Below, piece by piece: positions 9,175 through 19,379 of a stretch of DNA of 32,000 nt. Origin of the DNA: Candidatus Saccharimonadota bacterium (lineage in GTDB: Bacteria > Patescibacteriota > Gracilibacteria > BD1-5 > UBA6164); assembly GCA_963677765.1 (NCBI GenBank), contig OY782392.1, positions 990,001 to 1,022,000 of the forward strand, read 5' to 3'. Below the pieces are notes generated by a model, which worked only from the letters and a program-made list of their open reading frames with translations, searched no databases and was not told the origin of the DNA. Within the stretch, counting starts at the first letter, position 1, and each line of letters opens with the position of its first letter. The position numbers and the translations under genes were made by a program.

Positions 9175-10242
9175 ATGAATAAAAAATATTATTTAGCAGC
9201 TCTCCATAAAATATGATTTACACATAAAAATTTATTTGATATATTTTCAGATAATTATGATTATGATAAAGTTTATAATAATCTAGATTATAATTTACTT
9301 TCAAAATTTAATTTAACCGATACAAAAATATCTAAAATCTTGAAAAATAAACAAGAGTTAGATTTTTCAGGTTTAATAGAAAAAATAGACAATTTATGAG
9401 TTGAATTAATAGTCTTTGGTGATAATAAATATCCAGATGAATTAAAAAATATATTTAACTCTCCATATGTCTTATATATAAGATGAAATATTAAATTACC
9501 CTGAATTTCTTTTATAGGTTCTAGAATGATGACTTTTTATTGAAAAAAGATAATAGAAAAATTTATCCCAGAGATTTGAAATTATTTTACTATTATTTCA
9601 TGATGAGCTATCTGATGTGATACATACTCTCATAAGATAGCATTAAATAATAACATTCCTACAATAAGTGTTTTATGAACATGAATAGATATGAGTTATC
9701 CATCTTCTAATAAAAAAATGTATGAGGATATTATTATTAAATGATGAGCTTTAATTTCAATATTTCCTTTATGAGAAAAGGGTTTTTCATATAATTTTCC
9801 TATAAGAAATGAAATAGTTGCATGATTATCTAAATGAGTTTTTATTGTTGAAGCAAAGGAAAAATCATGAACTATGATTACTGCTAAGTTAGCTCTTGAT
9901 TTATGAAAAGATTTATTTTGTGTTGCTTGAGATATATTTAAAACTACATCTTGAGGTTGTAATAAATTAATCTCTAGTTGAGAGGCAAAATTTGTATTTA
10001 AAGTAGATGATATTTTAAATGAGTATAATATTTATTTACAAACAAAAGTTAGTAAAGTAATAAATATAACAGATAAAGATGAATTAAAAATATATAATTG
10101 TTTAGTTAATGAAAATATGACTATCGATGATTTAATGAATGAATTATCATTTGATATAGCTACTTTAAGCTTTAAATTATCAATGCTTGAAATATCATGA
10201 TATGTAAAAATAACTCCTGATTGAAAATATGAAATAAATTAG
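9175..10242 (+). CDS. dprA: DNA processing protein DprA/Smf, 355 aa
   Basis: Motifs are ...PYVLYIRGNIKLPGISFIGSRMMTFYGKK..., ...IISGGAIGCDTYSHKIAL... and ...TISVLGTGIDMSYPSSNKKMYEDI. They continue with ...GALISIFPLGEKGFSYNFPIRNEIVAGLSKGVFIVEAKEKSGTMITAKLALDLGKDLF. TAG stop at 10240-10242. Confidence 0.9.
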
Positions 10243-10309
10243 TTGATTTAGTTTTAAAAATATTTAAAATACATACTAAGAAATAACTAATTAATAATAT
10301 CTAGCCTTT

Positions 10310-11104
10310 ATGCAGAATTTAATTTTTTTAAAAATTGAAATACTTATACTTTTATTAAGCTTTTTTTATGTTTTGTATTATTTATGAGAAAAACTATACA
10401 AAGCTTTTTTCAAAGTAAAAAAAGTAATAAAAAAAGAAGAGATTTCAACAGTTAAAACTGCTTTAAATAAAGTAGATTTAAATACAAAAGAAAAAAGCTA
10501 TAAAAAAGAAGCTAGTGAAAAGAAGTTATCTGATATAGAAAAAACAAAGTTAGTTGAAATAGTTAGAAGAGTTAAAACTAATTCATTAAAATGATACTTT
10601 GATACAGCTAAATGACTTATTATAGAATGATTATCTATAGATAAATTTAATAAGGACTTAAATTTAGAGTTAGCTTCAATTTATCAAAGAGAAAAAAAAT
10701 ATGAAAATGCAGAAATAATTTATAATGATTTACTTGATGTTTATAAGTGAGATTATGAAATTATGAAAAAGTTAGCATATGTTTATGCTTTGCAATCAAA
10801 ATTAAATGAATCAAAAGATATGTATGAAAAAGTTCATAAAAAAAATACATGAGACGAGGAAGTTATAAATATGCTTTCTGAAATTACATATGATTTAAAA
10901 GATTATAAATTAGCATTGAAATATATAAATCAATATCTAAAATTTAAACCAAGAGATTTAGATAAATATAATATGAAGGCTGTTTGTTTTGAAGAATTAA
11001 GAGATTTTAAAGATTCTTTAGAAATGCATAAAAAAATATTGGAATTACAACCCTATAATACACACTCTAGAGATAAAGTTAGGGAATTACAACAATTTGT
11101 ATAG
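10310..11104 (+). CDS. Membrane-anchored TPR-repeat protein, 264 aa
   Basis: N-terminal TM helix in MQNLIFLKIEILILLLSFFYVLYYL. TPR-like helical repeats follow (...ASIYQREKKYENAEIIYNDLLDV...KLAYVYALQSKLNESKDMYEKV...YKLALKYINQYLKFKPRD...). TAG stop. Confidence 0.8.
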
Positions 11105-11132
11105 TTTTTGACAAAAAAAATTAACAATTATT

Positions 11133-11175
11133 AAACATAAAAGTAAATATATATATTTACTTTTATGTTTTTTTA
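11133..11175 (+). terminator. Rho-independent terminator
   Basis: The arms aaacataaaagtaaatat and atatttacttttatgttt form a long hairpin, followed by a T-run. Confidence 0.65.
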
Positions 11176-11216
11176 TATACTCTAGTGTTAATAATTTAAC
11201 TCCTAAATATGATTAA

Positions 11217-12557
11217 ATGTTAAAGGTTCCTCCTCATTCATTAGAAGCTGAACAATCAGTTTTATGAAGTATATTAATTGATAGAGATTGCTTCCTTACA
11301 ATATGAGATATGCTTAAAGAATCAGACTTTTATTCTGAGTATAATTCTATGATATTTTGAGTTATGTTTGATTTATATAAACAAAATAAGCCTATAGATC
11401 TTATTACAGTTAAGGAAAAATTAGATGATAAAAAAGTATTAGAAAAAATCTGATGAATAACTTATTTAACTGAATTAACAGAAATAGTACCAACAACTGC
11501 TAATGTTTTTGAATATGCTCAAATAGTTAAAAATAAATCAGTATTGAGAAATTTAGTTAGAGCATGAAATGAGATAATTTGATATTGATATGATGAAGAT
11601 AGACCTATAAATGAGTTACTAGAAAATACAGAAAAATCTGTTTTTAATGTTACTCAAGTTTTTATACAAAATAAACTTGTTCATATAAATGATATATTAG
11701 AACAAAGATTTGAAGAATTTGCTGAAATACATGAAAATCCAGAACTAATTAAAGATCATAGATTACAATTATGATTCAAAGATCTAGATCATAAATTCAA
11801 TTGACTGAAAGGATGAGATATGGTAATTTTAGCAGCAAGACCTTCTATGTGAAAAACTGCTTTTGCCTTAAATTTGGCTCAAAATGTTTGATATGCATGA
11901 AAAAATGTTGCTATATTTTCTCTGGAAATGTCTAAGGAACAATTAACAGATAGAATGATTGCTAGTGCTATGCAAATTGATTCATGGAAGTTAGCTAAAG
12001 GTGAGTTAGAAGATCATGAATTTGCAAAAATATGAGAAGCAATGGAAATGCTTAGTAAAGCAAATATATATATTGATGATACAGCTTGATGAAACCTAGT
12101 TGATTTAAAATCTAAATGTAGAAGATTAAAAATTGAATCTGGTTTAGATTTGATAGTTATAGATTATTTACAATTAATGAGTAATGGTAATTCAATGAAT
12201 AGGGTTCAGGAAATATCTGAAATATCTAGATGAATTAAAGCTCTTGCTAGAGAATTAAATGTTCCTATTATAGCTTTATCTCAATTATCAAGAACTGTTG
12301 AACAAAGACCTGATAAAAGACCTATAATGTCTGATTTGAGAGAATCATGATCTATTGAACAAGATGCTGATATTATTATGATGTTATATAGAGAAGAGTA
12401 TTATGATGAATTTACTGAAAAAAAATGAATTACTGATGTATTGGTTAGAAAAAATAGAAACTGACCTATATGAAATATAGAATTAATGTTTGAAAAAAAT
12501 AATCAAAAATTTGTTCCTGTTGAAAGATCAATGAGTTGAGAAATGATGGAAGACTAA
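11217..12557 (+). CDS. dnaB: Replicative DNA helicase DnaB, 446 aa
   Basis: The translation begins [24 protein letters not shown]. Walker A is [16 protein letters not shown], with its Gly encoded by TGA. Further motifs are ...[11 protein letters not shown]..., ...[10 protein letters not shown]..., ...[24 protein letters not shown] and ...[16 protein letters not shown]. Confidence 0.95.
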
Positions 12558-12592
12558 AAAGAAGAAGATTACTATTAATCTTCTTCTTTTTC
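12556..12592. terminator. Bidirectional rho-independent terminator between convergent dnaB and dus
   Basis: The arms aaaaagaagaagatt and aatcttcttcttttt form a hairpin. The dus stop (12575-12577) lies at the loop end next to the 3' arm. Confidence 0.7.
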
Positions 12593-13642
12593 TATTTCGT
12601 TAAGACTTGGTCTTTTTTCCAAATGTTCTTTGAAATCTCTTTTTATATCTTCAATTACATTTTTTGTATTTTCTATACTTTCAGTTGTTACTAGCCTTTT
12701 TCTATATACTTTAACTCATGGAAAATTTCTTAAATATTGAACTAAGTGTTTTCTTACTTCTAAATTTCATTTTTTTTCTCATTTTGTTTCAACTAATTTT
12801 TGTGCATGGAATTCCATAGCCTCAAGTATTTCATTTAATGTTGGGTGATATACTCAATCTATAAAATTATCGGGATTTACTCATGTTTTTTTTATAAAAT
12901 CTTTATCTTCTATTTGTTCTTTTCATATAAAGCACCAAGGATTTCAAAAACTAGCTCTACCAAGCATAATACCATCTAACTCATTTACCTTTTTCATACC
13001 ATCTGTATAGTTTTCTATATCTCAGTTACAAATAACAGGTATTTTTAAATGTTTTTTTAAATCATAGATATTTGTAAAATCAGCATTTCATGTATAGGCT
13101 TGTTTTGCAGTTCTACCATGAATAGTTAATAAACTAGCTCATGCTTCTTCTAGTCATTTTGCAAAATTTATAAGGTCTTGATTTCAATCAAAACTTAATC
13201 TAGTTTTTACACTTATAGGTAAATCAGTTGCTTCATTCATAGCTCTCACTATATCAAAAGCTGTTTCTTCATTTATAAGTAAACTTGATCAGTGTCAGCT
13301 TCTAACTACTTTTTTAGCTGGGCATCACATATTTATATCTATACCTGCTATGTTATACTTACTTTGACTTATTATTTTTGCAGCCTTAGCGAATACTTCT
13401 GGGTCTTTTCAAAATATTTGTATTATTAATGGATCTTCCATTGTTTCATGTGGTAATACACTATCTGCCAAAAATTTTGAATGTATTAATCAATCTGCAC
13501 TATAAAATTCACTTATACAAAAAATATGAGGGGAAACTCTTTTCATAGCTTGTCTATAAGCACTATCTCAGTATCAATCCATAGGAGCTAAAAAGACTAA
13601 TTTTTTATTTTTTTCTAATTGTTTTTTCCAGAAATCTTTCAT
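12575..13642 (-). CDS. tRNA-dihydrouridine synthase (Dus family), 355 aa
   Basis: Motifs are MKDFWKKQLEKNKKLVFLAPMDGYGDSAYRQ..., ...IIQIFGKDPE... and ...GIDINMGCPAKKVVRSGHGSSLL. Further motifs are ...VKTRLSFD..., ...LTIHGRTAKQAYTGNADF... and ...PVICNGDI...GIMLGRASFGNPW. Confidence 0.9.
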
Positions 13643-13820
13643 TATATTTTATAATTAATTAATGTTTTATTGCTTTTAGATAAGGATTTTAACTATATTT
13701 TTCAAAAAAGCAAAACTAGTATTTAAAAAATTTTTTATATTTTAGTCAAGTATTAAATTTTGCTTTTTTTCTATCAACTATGCTACAATAGATTTAGTTT
13801 TATAAATTTAACTTTTCCTT

Positions 13821-14330
13821 ATGGATTTAAATACTATTATAAAAGAAAAGAAGGAGAAAAATACTGAAATTAAAAAAAGACTTGGTTTAATACAAAAACA
13901 TAAAGCATTAGGTCTTGTAAAGATTAGTAATAAAACTCTTATAAAAGATTTAAGAGATTGATTTTTAGTTTTACCATCATCTTTTGTTATACAAGTTGAT
14001 TGAGTTGATATCGAAAAATTATGAAATAATATTGTAGCTACTTGAAATATAGATAAAAACGATTTTATAGGTTTTGATTTTATATTGTGTGATGAAGATA
14101 TTGAGAATATAAATATTTATTTAGAAAAATGAATTACTCCTATAATACATAGTGATACTCATATGACAGCTATATTAAAAGAATTTAATCCTATGAAAAA
14201 TGAATGAAATTCTTATCTTTTTTCTAGTAATGATAAATGGACTATTTTTTATTCAATAGTTAGATATCTAGAAAATCATAAATATGCTTTTGATAATAAA
14301 AACTTGGTTAAAAATGTTTTATCAATTTAA
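13821..14330 (+). CDS. Hypothetical protein, 169 aa; weak resemblance to the C-terminal half of GT-B (glycogen-synthase-like) glycosyltransferases
   Basis: The frame is open with TGA=Gly from ATG 13821 to TAA 14328-14330. The segment ...LEKGITPIIHSDTHMTAILKEFNPMKNEGNSYLFSSNDKWTIFYSIVRYLENHKYAFDNKNLVKNV recalls the ..G..PIv..tGGL.DtV....tGf.F......l..ai.ral pattern, but the catalytic residues are not evident. A possible extended -10 promoter is TGcTACAAT at 13781-13789. Confidence 0.6.
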
Positions 14331-14368
14331 AAAAAATAGATTGCTTAAGTTTTGCAATCTATTTTTTT
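14331..14368 (+). terminator. Rho-independent terminator
   Basis: The arms aaaatagattgc and gcaatctatttt form a hairpin, followed by a T-run. Confidence 0.65.
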
Positions 14369-14410
14369 ATATGTTAAAATTAACTAAATATTATAAATAA
14401 ATTATTAATT

Positions 14411-15043
14411 ATGGATCTTAATAAAAATTTTGATAATTCTGATATGACTAACTGGTCTTCAGAAGACTGGGAAAAGTATCTTGAATGAGAATGATTATGA
14501 GATATAGATAAGGAAATATGATTTGTATCTAGTTCTGTTTCTAATAAAATAGATAAAATTTTATCTCTTAAAGATTTATTTAGTTATATTGAGTCTGTAG
14601 AACTTGAAAAAAATGTAAGAATTGATATAGATGATATAGAGAAATCTATAACTATTTACGATAAAGATAATAATAATGTGATTTGAGAGATAAAACCATG
14701 AAACTATACTTATTATTGAATTTCTAATAACAATCATATGTTTCAAGTTGTAAATGATCCGTATAAATGAAAATGATTTTGAAAATTATTAATTCAAGCA
14801 TATTCAAAACTAGAAGAATTTTGATACAAATGATTTGAATTACCAAAAGAAGAATATACTCATACACCTAGTATGTTAAATTTATTATCATCAAATTGAT
14901 ATTATATAGTCTGAAGATATACAGCTTGAGAGTATGAAGAATTAACCGATGAAGATATATATCAAATTTATGAAGATATGGATTCATGAAAGTATGAAGA
15001 TGATGATTTTTGAATTACATATAAGCTAAAAATGAATAAATAG
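14411..15043 (+). CDS. GNAT-fold acetyltransferase-like protein with acidic termini, 210 aa
   Basis: The segment ...FQVVNDPYKGKGFGKLLIQAYSKLEEFGYKGFELP...PSMLNLLSSNGYYIVG matches the GNAT motif A (Q/R-x-x-G-x-G/A) region followed by the ..lY.k.GF.. region. TAG stop at 15041-15043. Confidence 0.6.
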
Positions 15044-15091
15044 TTTTCTTAGAAAAAAATATTTTCTTTTGACTTAGAAAAAAAATCAATT

Positions 15092-15124
15092 AAAAAGTTA
15101 AGCAGTATTTCTTAACTTTTTTTT
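15092..15124 (+). terminator. Rho-independent terminator, ending just before the topA ATG
   Basis: The arms aaaaagttaag and cttaacttttt form a hairpin, followed by a T-run. Confidence 0.55.
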
Positions 15125-15125
15125 G

Positions 15126-17420
15126 ATGGCAAAAAATTTGGTTATAGTCGAATCTCCCGCTAAATGAAAAACAATAGAGAAGTTTTTATGACCTGATTAT
15201 AGGGTTGTTGCTTCTATGGGGCATATAAGAGATTTACCATCTAGAACATTGTGAATTGATATAGATAATTGATTTACTCCAGAATATCAAATAAGTACAG
15301 AGAAGAAAAAAACTGTAGACTCTTTGAAAAAACTTGCAAAGGAAAGTGCTGAAGTATGGATAGCTACCGATGAAGATCGTGAATGAGAAGCTATATGATG
15401 GCATTTGTGTCATGCTTTAAAACTTGACCCTGCTACTACTAAGAGAATTGTGTTTCATGAAATTACTAAAAAAGCAATATTAGATGCAGTATGATCAGCA
15501 AGAACAATTGACTTAAATTTAGTAGATGCTCAACAAGCTAGACGTATATTAGATAGATTAGTTTGATATAAGATTAGTCCTGTATTATGGAAAAAAATTA
15601 GAAAATGATTGTCTGCAGGTAGGGTACAATCAGTTGCTGTCAAATTAATAGTTGAAAAAGAAAGAGAAATAATCAATTTTAAACCAGAAGAATCTTGGAA
15701 AATAAGTGTTGAATTAGAATATGCTTGAGTAAAGTTTAAAGCTACTCTAAATAAAATAAATTGAAAAGTTAAAAAAATAAAATCAAGAGAAGAAGCTGAA
15801 AAAATACTTTCTACTATATATGATGATATAAGTGATATAAAAGAATATAAAACTAAGAAAGATACTTTATGATTAAAAGTTTCTAAATCAATTGATTTTA
15901 AATTAGTTGATAGTATAAAAAAAGATAGTAAAAGAACCCCTTGAGCTCCATTTACAACATCAACTCTTCAACAAGAAGCATCAAGAAAATTTGGGTTTTG
16001 AGTAAAGCAAACAATGATGATTGCTCAAAAATTATACGAATGAATGGATTTATGAAACAATGAAAGACAAGGGCTTATTACTTATATGAGAACTGATAGT
16101 GTAAATCTTTCAGATCAAGCAAAAAATCAAGCTAAAGATTTGATTATTAAGAATTATTGAGATAAATATTTAAAAAATAGAAACTATAAAACTAAGTCAA
16201 GTTGAGCTCAAGAAGCACATGAAGCAATTAGACCAACTGATTTATCAAGAACTCCTGAAAGTCTTGTTAGTGTTTTAGATCAAAATCAATTAAAATTATA
16301 TACTCTTATTTGGAAAAGAACTATCGCTTCTCAAATGAGTGATGCTATAGTTGAAGTAACTACTTTTAATTTTTGTCCAGTATCTAATGATAAGCAAGAA
16401 TGGATAACAAAAGGTGAGGTTATAAAGTTTGATTGATTTATGACTCTTTATATAGAATCAAGTGATGATGAAAATGATGATAATGAAGGGGATAGTTGAG
16501 TTCTTCCAAATATAGAAATTTGAGAAAAATTAACATGAAACTGATTAGATTTATTACAATCATTTTCAAGACCACCTGCTAGATATACTGAAGCTTCTTT
16601 AGTTAAAAAATTAGAATCAGAATGAATAGGTAGACCATCTACTTATGCTCCAACTATATCTACTATTATAGATAGATGATATATAGAAAAAATAAATAAA
16701 AAACATCTTTCTCCTACTGAAATAGCATTTACAGTTAATGATTTCTTGGAAAAATACTTCAATGAAATGATGGACTATAAATTCACATCAAAAGTAGAAT
16801 GAGAATTTGATGAAATAGCTGGTTGAAAAGAAAACTATTCTACTATGTTGGATAGATTTTGGAATCAAACTCTAAAAAAAGATTTAGAAGAAGCTTGAGA
16901 AAAAGCTGAAAAAGTTATTGAAAAAGTTGGAAAAGCTTGTCCTAAGTGTTGAGAAGATCTTATATATAGGCATAGTAGAAATGGTAAATTTATAGGTTGT
17001 TCTGCTTATCCTGAATGTGATTTTGTTGATCAACCTAAAGAGGAAAAAGATGCTTTAGAAGCAATAAAAGCAAAATATGAATGAAAACCTTGTCCAGAAT
17101 GAGTTGAATGAACTATTGTTGTAAAAACATGAAGATATTGACCTTTTCTTGCTAGTAGTGAATATCCTAAAGTTAAATGGATTGGTCAAATTAAATCTGA
17201 TAAAGAAGAACTACTTGAAGAAATATTAAATAATAAATGATTATTGGTTGATGAAGAAACTTGAGAGGAATTAGTTGTTAAGAATTCAAAAAGATGACAA
17301 TTTTTAGCTGCTAAAAACTATCCAAAAGTAAAAATTGCTAAACCTATACCAAAAGATGTATGGGATGAATTAAATAAAAAATTATCAGAAAATTCTAATG
17401 AAGAAAAAGAAGAAGCTTAA
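15126..17420 (+). CDS. topA: DNA topoisomerase I, 764 aa
   Basis: The N-terminus [38 protein letters not shown] is the TOPRIM region. Further motifs are ...[17 protein letters not shown]... and ...[21 protein letters not shown]. The active-site region reads ...[14 protein letters not shown]... C-terminal zinc-ribbon-like motifs are [29 protein letters not shown]. Confidence 0.95.
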
Positions 17421-17437
17421 TTGCTTCTTCTTTTTTG
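17409..17437 (+). terminator. Rho-independent terminator overlapping the topA stop
   Basis: The arms gaagaagc and gcttcttc form a hairpin with loop ttaatt, followed by tttttt. Confidence 0.65.
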
Positions 17438-17496
17438 CATTATTTATAAAAGTATGATTTAATTATATAGTAATATAAATTAGTAATCATAATCTT

Positions 17497-17703
17497 ATGG
17501 AATATATTTTAAAAAATAAATTTTTAGCTGAATTAAATCTAGAAAAATATAATAGATGGTTCTTAGTTTTATCATTTTCTTTTGTTGTTTGATTAAAAAT
17601 TATAGAAATGACTTCAACAAAGTTATTTATTATGATTTATTCAAATCCTAGTTTAGTTGAGTTTACAAAAATGCATGAATCTGCTTTTTGGTTTTTTATC
17701 TAG
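17497..17703 (+). CDS. Small hypothetical membrane protein, 68 aa
   Basis: The frame is open for 68 codons with one TGA=Gly. Translation is MEYILKNKFLAELNLEKYNRWFLVLSFSFVVGLKIIEMTSTKLFIMIYSNPSLVEFTKMHESAFWFFI. TAG stop. There is no homology support. Confidence 0.4.
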
Positions 17704-17778
17704 GTTTAATCTTTTTTTTATTGACTTTTATTAAAATAATATTAGTATTTTATTACTTATATTAATAAAATATTTATT

Positions 17779-17832
17779 ATGAAAAGATATACTACTGCTA
17801 AAAAAACTGATTCTTTAAAAATGGTTTTTTAA
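17779..17832 (+). CDS. 17-codon micro-ORF (MKRYTTAKKTDSLKMVF) within a self-contained mini transcription unit; could instead be a small RNA
   Basis: A possible promoter is TTGACT (17721-17726), a 16-nt spacer, then TAGTAT (17743-17748). The ORF runs 17779-17832. A strong terminator hairpin at 17838-17867 lies 5 nt after the stop. Confidence 0.25.
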   Translation: MKRYTTAKKTDSLKMVF

Positions 17833-17837
17833 TTTTG

Positions 17838-17867
17838 AAAATGTCATATTTTAAATGACATTTTTTT
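17838..17867 (+). terminator. Rho-independent terminator
   Basis: The arms aaaatgtcat and atgacatttt form a hairpin with a 7-nt loop, followed by a T-run. Confidence 0.7.
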
Positions 17868-17886
17868 ATTTGTGTAAGAAATTAAT

Positions 17887-19215
17887 ATGATAAATAAAGA
17901 CCTTAGGTATAATTTATTTTGTCCATATATTGATTTATCTGAACCTAAAGATATTTCTCCTCTTCATTGTTATGGTGTAAATTATGTATTTCAAGAATTA
18001 TATAGATGAATAGAAATTCCTAGGATTCAAGCTGTAATTATGCCTTCTTTTAGATCTGAATTAATAAATTCATTAAATTTAAATTTTACATATAAAACTA
18101 TTGATGATCTGTTAAATTCTGATATTAATACTAAAGAATGGTTGTTATTAAAAGATTATGTTAATAATTTTTTATCTTATGATAATTTAAAAAAATCTAA
18201 AATTTTAAGATTATTAAATAAATTATGTTTATATGAAATAACTACCGAATTAACTGATTGAATAGAATTTAATAATATATGAACAGATGAAAATTTAGAT
18301 GAAATTTATTATCAAAGAATATTGTCTAGTTATATAAATTTTGTTGATACTTGAAACTATTGAAATTATAATCTAGATTTTTTTAAACAAATAGCTGTTT
18401 ATTGAGTTAAGTGATCACTAGTAAGAATAAACTCTGTATATCAAATGATAATTCAAAATGTAAAACATAATTATGATATAAATGAAGTTGAAAAATGGAG
18501 TAATATTTATGAGAAAGAGTTGCTTTTTATAAAATGATTAGTAGATGACTTTACTTATATTCAACTTAAATGCAGATATTATAGAGTTACAGCATTTATC
18601 CCACAAATGAAGTGAGATAAAAAATGAGTTGTAGAAATAATGGATTTATCTGAAAAATTTGCAAGAGAATTATTTGAGTTTAAAAGTAATGATTTATTTT
18701 TGAATAATTCTTATAAAATTTTAGCTAAAGAAATGCTTTATCCTGTTTTGGAAAGTAGAATACAAGAATGTTTATGGTTAAAAGACTTTGCTAGAGCAGA
18801 GAAGTATGCTAAGGAGTTAGTTTCAATTTCTCCTACAGATGCTAGATGACATTTACATTATTGAGAAATATTATTTACCTTAAACAAGTTTAAGGAAGCT
18901 TTACATGAATATCAAAAAGCTATTTTGTTTTCTCCTCCTTGAATAGAAGTTGCATATTATATGGCTTGATTATGTTCAAAGGAATTATGAGATATAGAAA
19001 CCTCAGATTTTTATTTTTCGTTATCATTTTTATCTGATTCTGAATGAATTTCTAGTGTTGAGCAGATATTAAATAGTGACTTAATTAATACTAATTGAAC
19101 TATATCTAATAGTTTATATGATTTTTTTAAAAATGTCAGTTTGGATTTATGAGTTCAAAATAATTTAGTAAAAAATTATCAAGTAGAGCAGTTGTGAGAA
19201 AAATCTAATAATTAA
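17887..19215 (+). CDS. Cytoplasmic all-helical protein with C-terminal TPR repeats, 442 aa, function unknown
   Basis: This frame joins track ORFs 18040..18261 and 18640..18849 through TGA codons. The C-terminus reads ...ECLWLKDFARAEKYAKELVSISPTDARGHLHYGEILFTLNKFKEALHEYQKAILFSPPGIEVAYYMAGLCSKELGD, which is TPR-like. No signal peptide or TM helix is evident. Confidence 0.8.
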
Positions 19216-19234
19216 AACAAAGTTTGATTTTTAG

Positions 19235-19271
19235 GCTTGCTTTCGTATAATACGAAGCAAGCTTATTTTTT
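19235..19271 (+). terminator. Rho-independent terminator
   Basis: The arms gcttgctttcgta and tacgaagcaagc form a GC-containing hairpin with one bulged T, followed by ttatttttt. Confidence 0.65.
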
Positions 19272-19379
19272 AATTATATAAGTAATATGACAACATATTA
19301 TTATATTATACGAGTCAGTTAAGATATTTTTAATTTATGACTTAATTACGATATTTTAACTACTAAAAATAATAAAACT

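Noticed and set aside
15047-15085. Direct repeat cttagaaaaaaa occurring twice between the GNAT-like gene and topA
   Set aside because: It is a short, low-complexity A-run repeat in an AT-rich spacer, with no evidence of a binding-site architecture.
19216-19379. Possible second T-box or other leader upstream of valS
   Set aside because: There is no GGGUGGNACC-like T-box core or antiterminator/terminator pair. The only strong hairpin (19235-19271) is the terminator of the preceding TPR gene.
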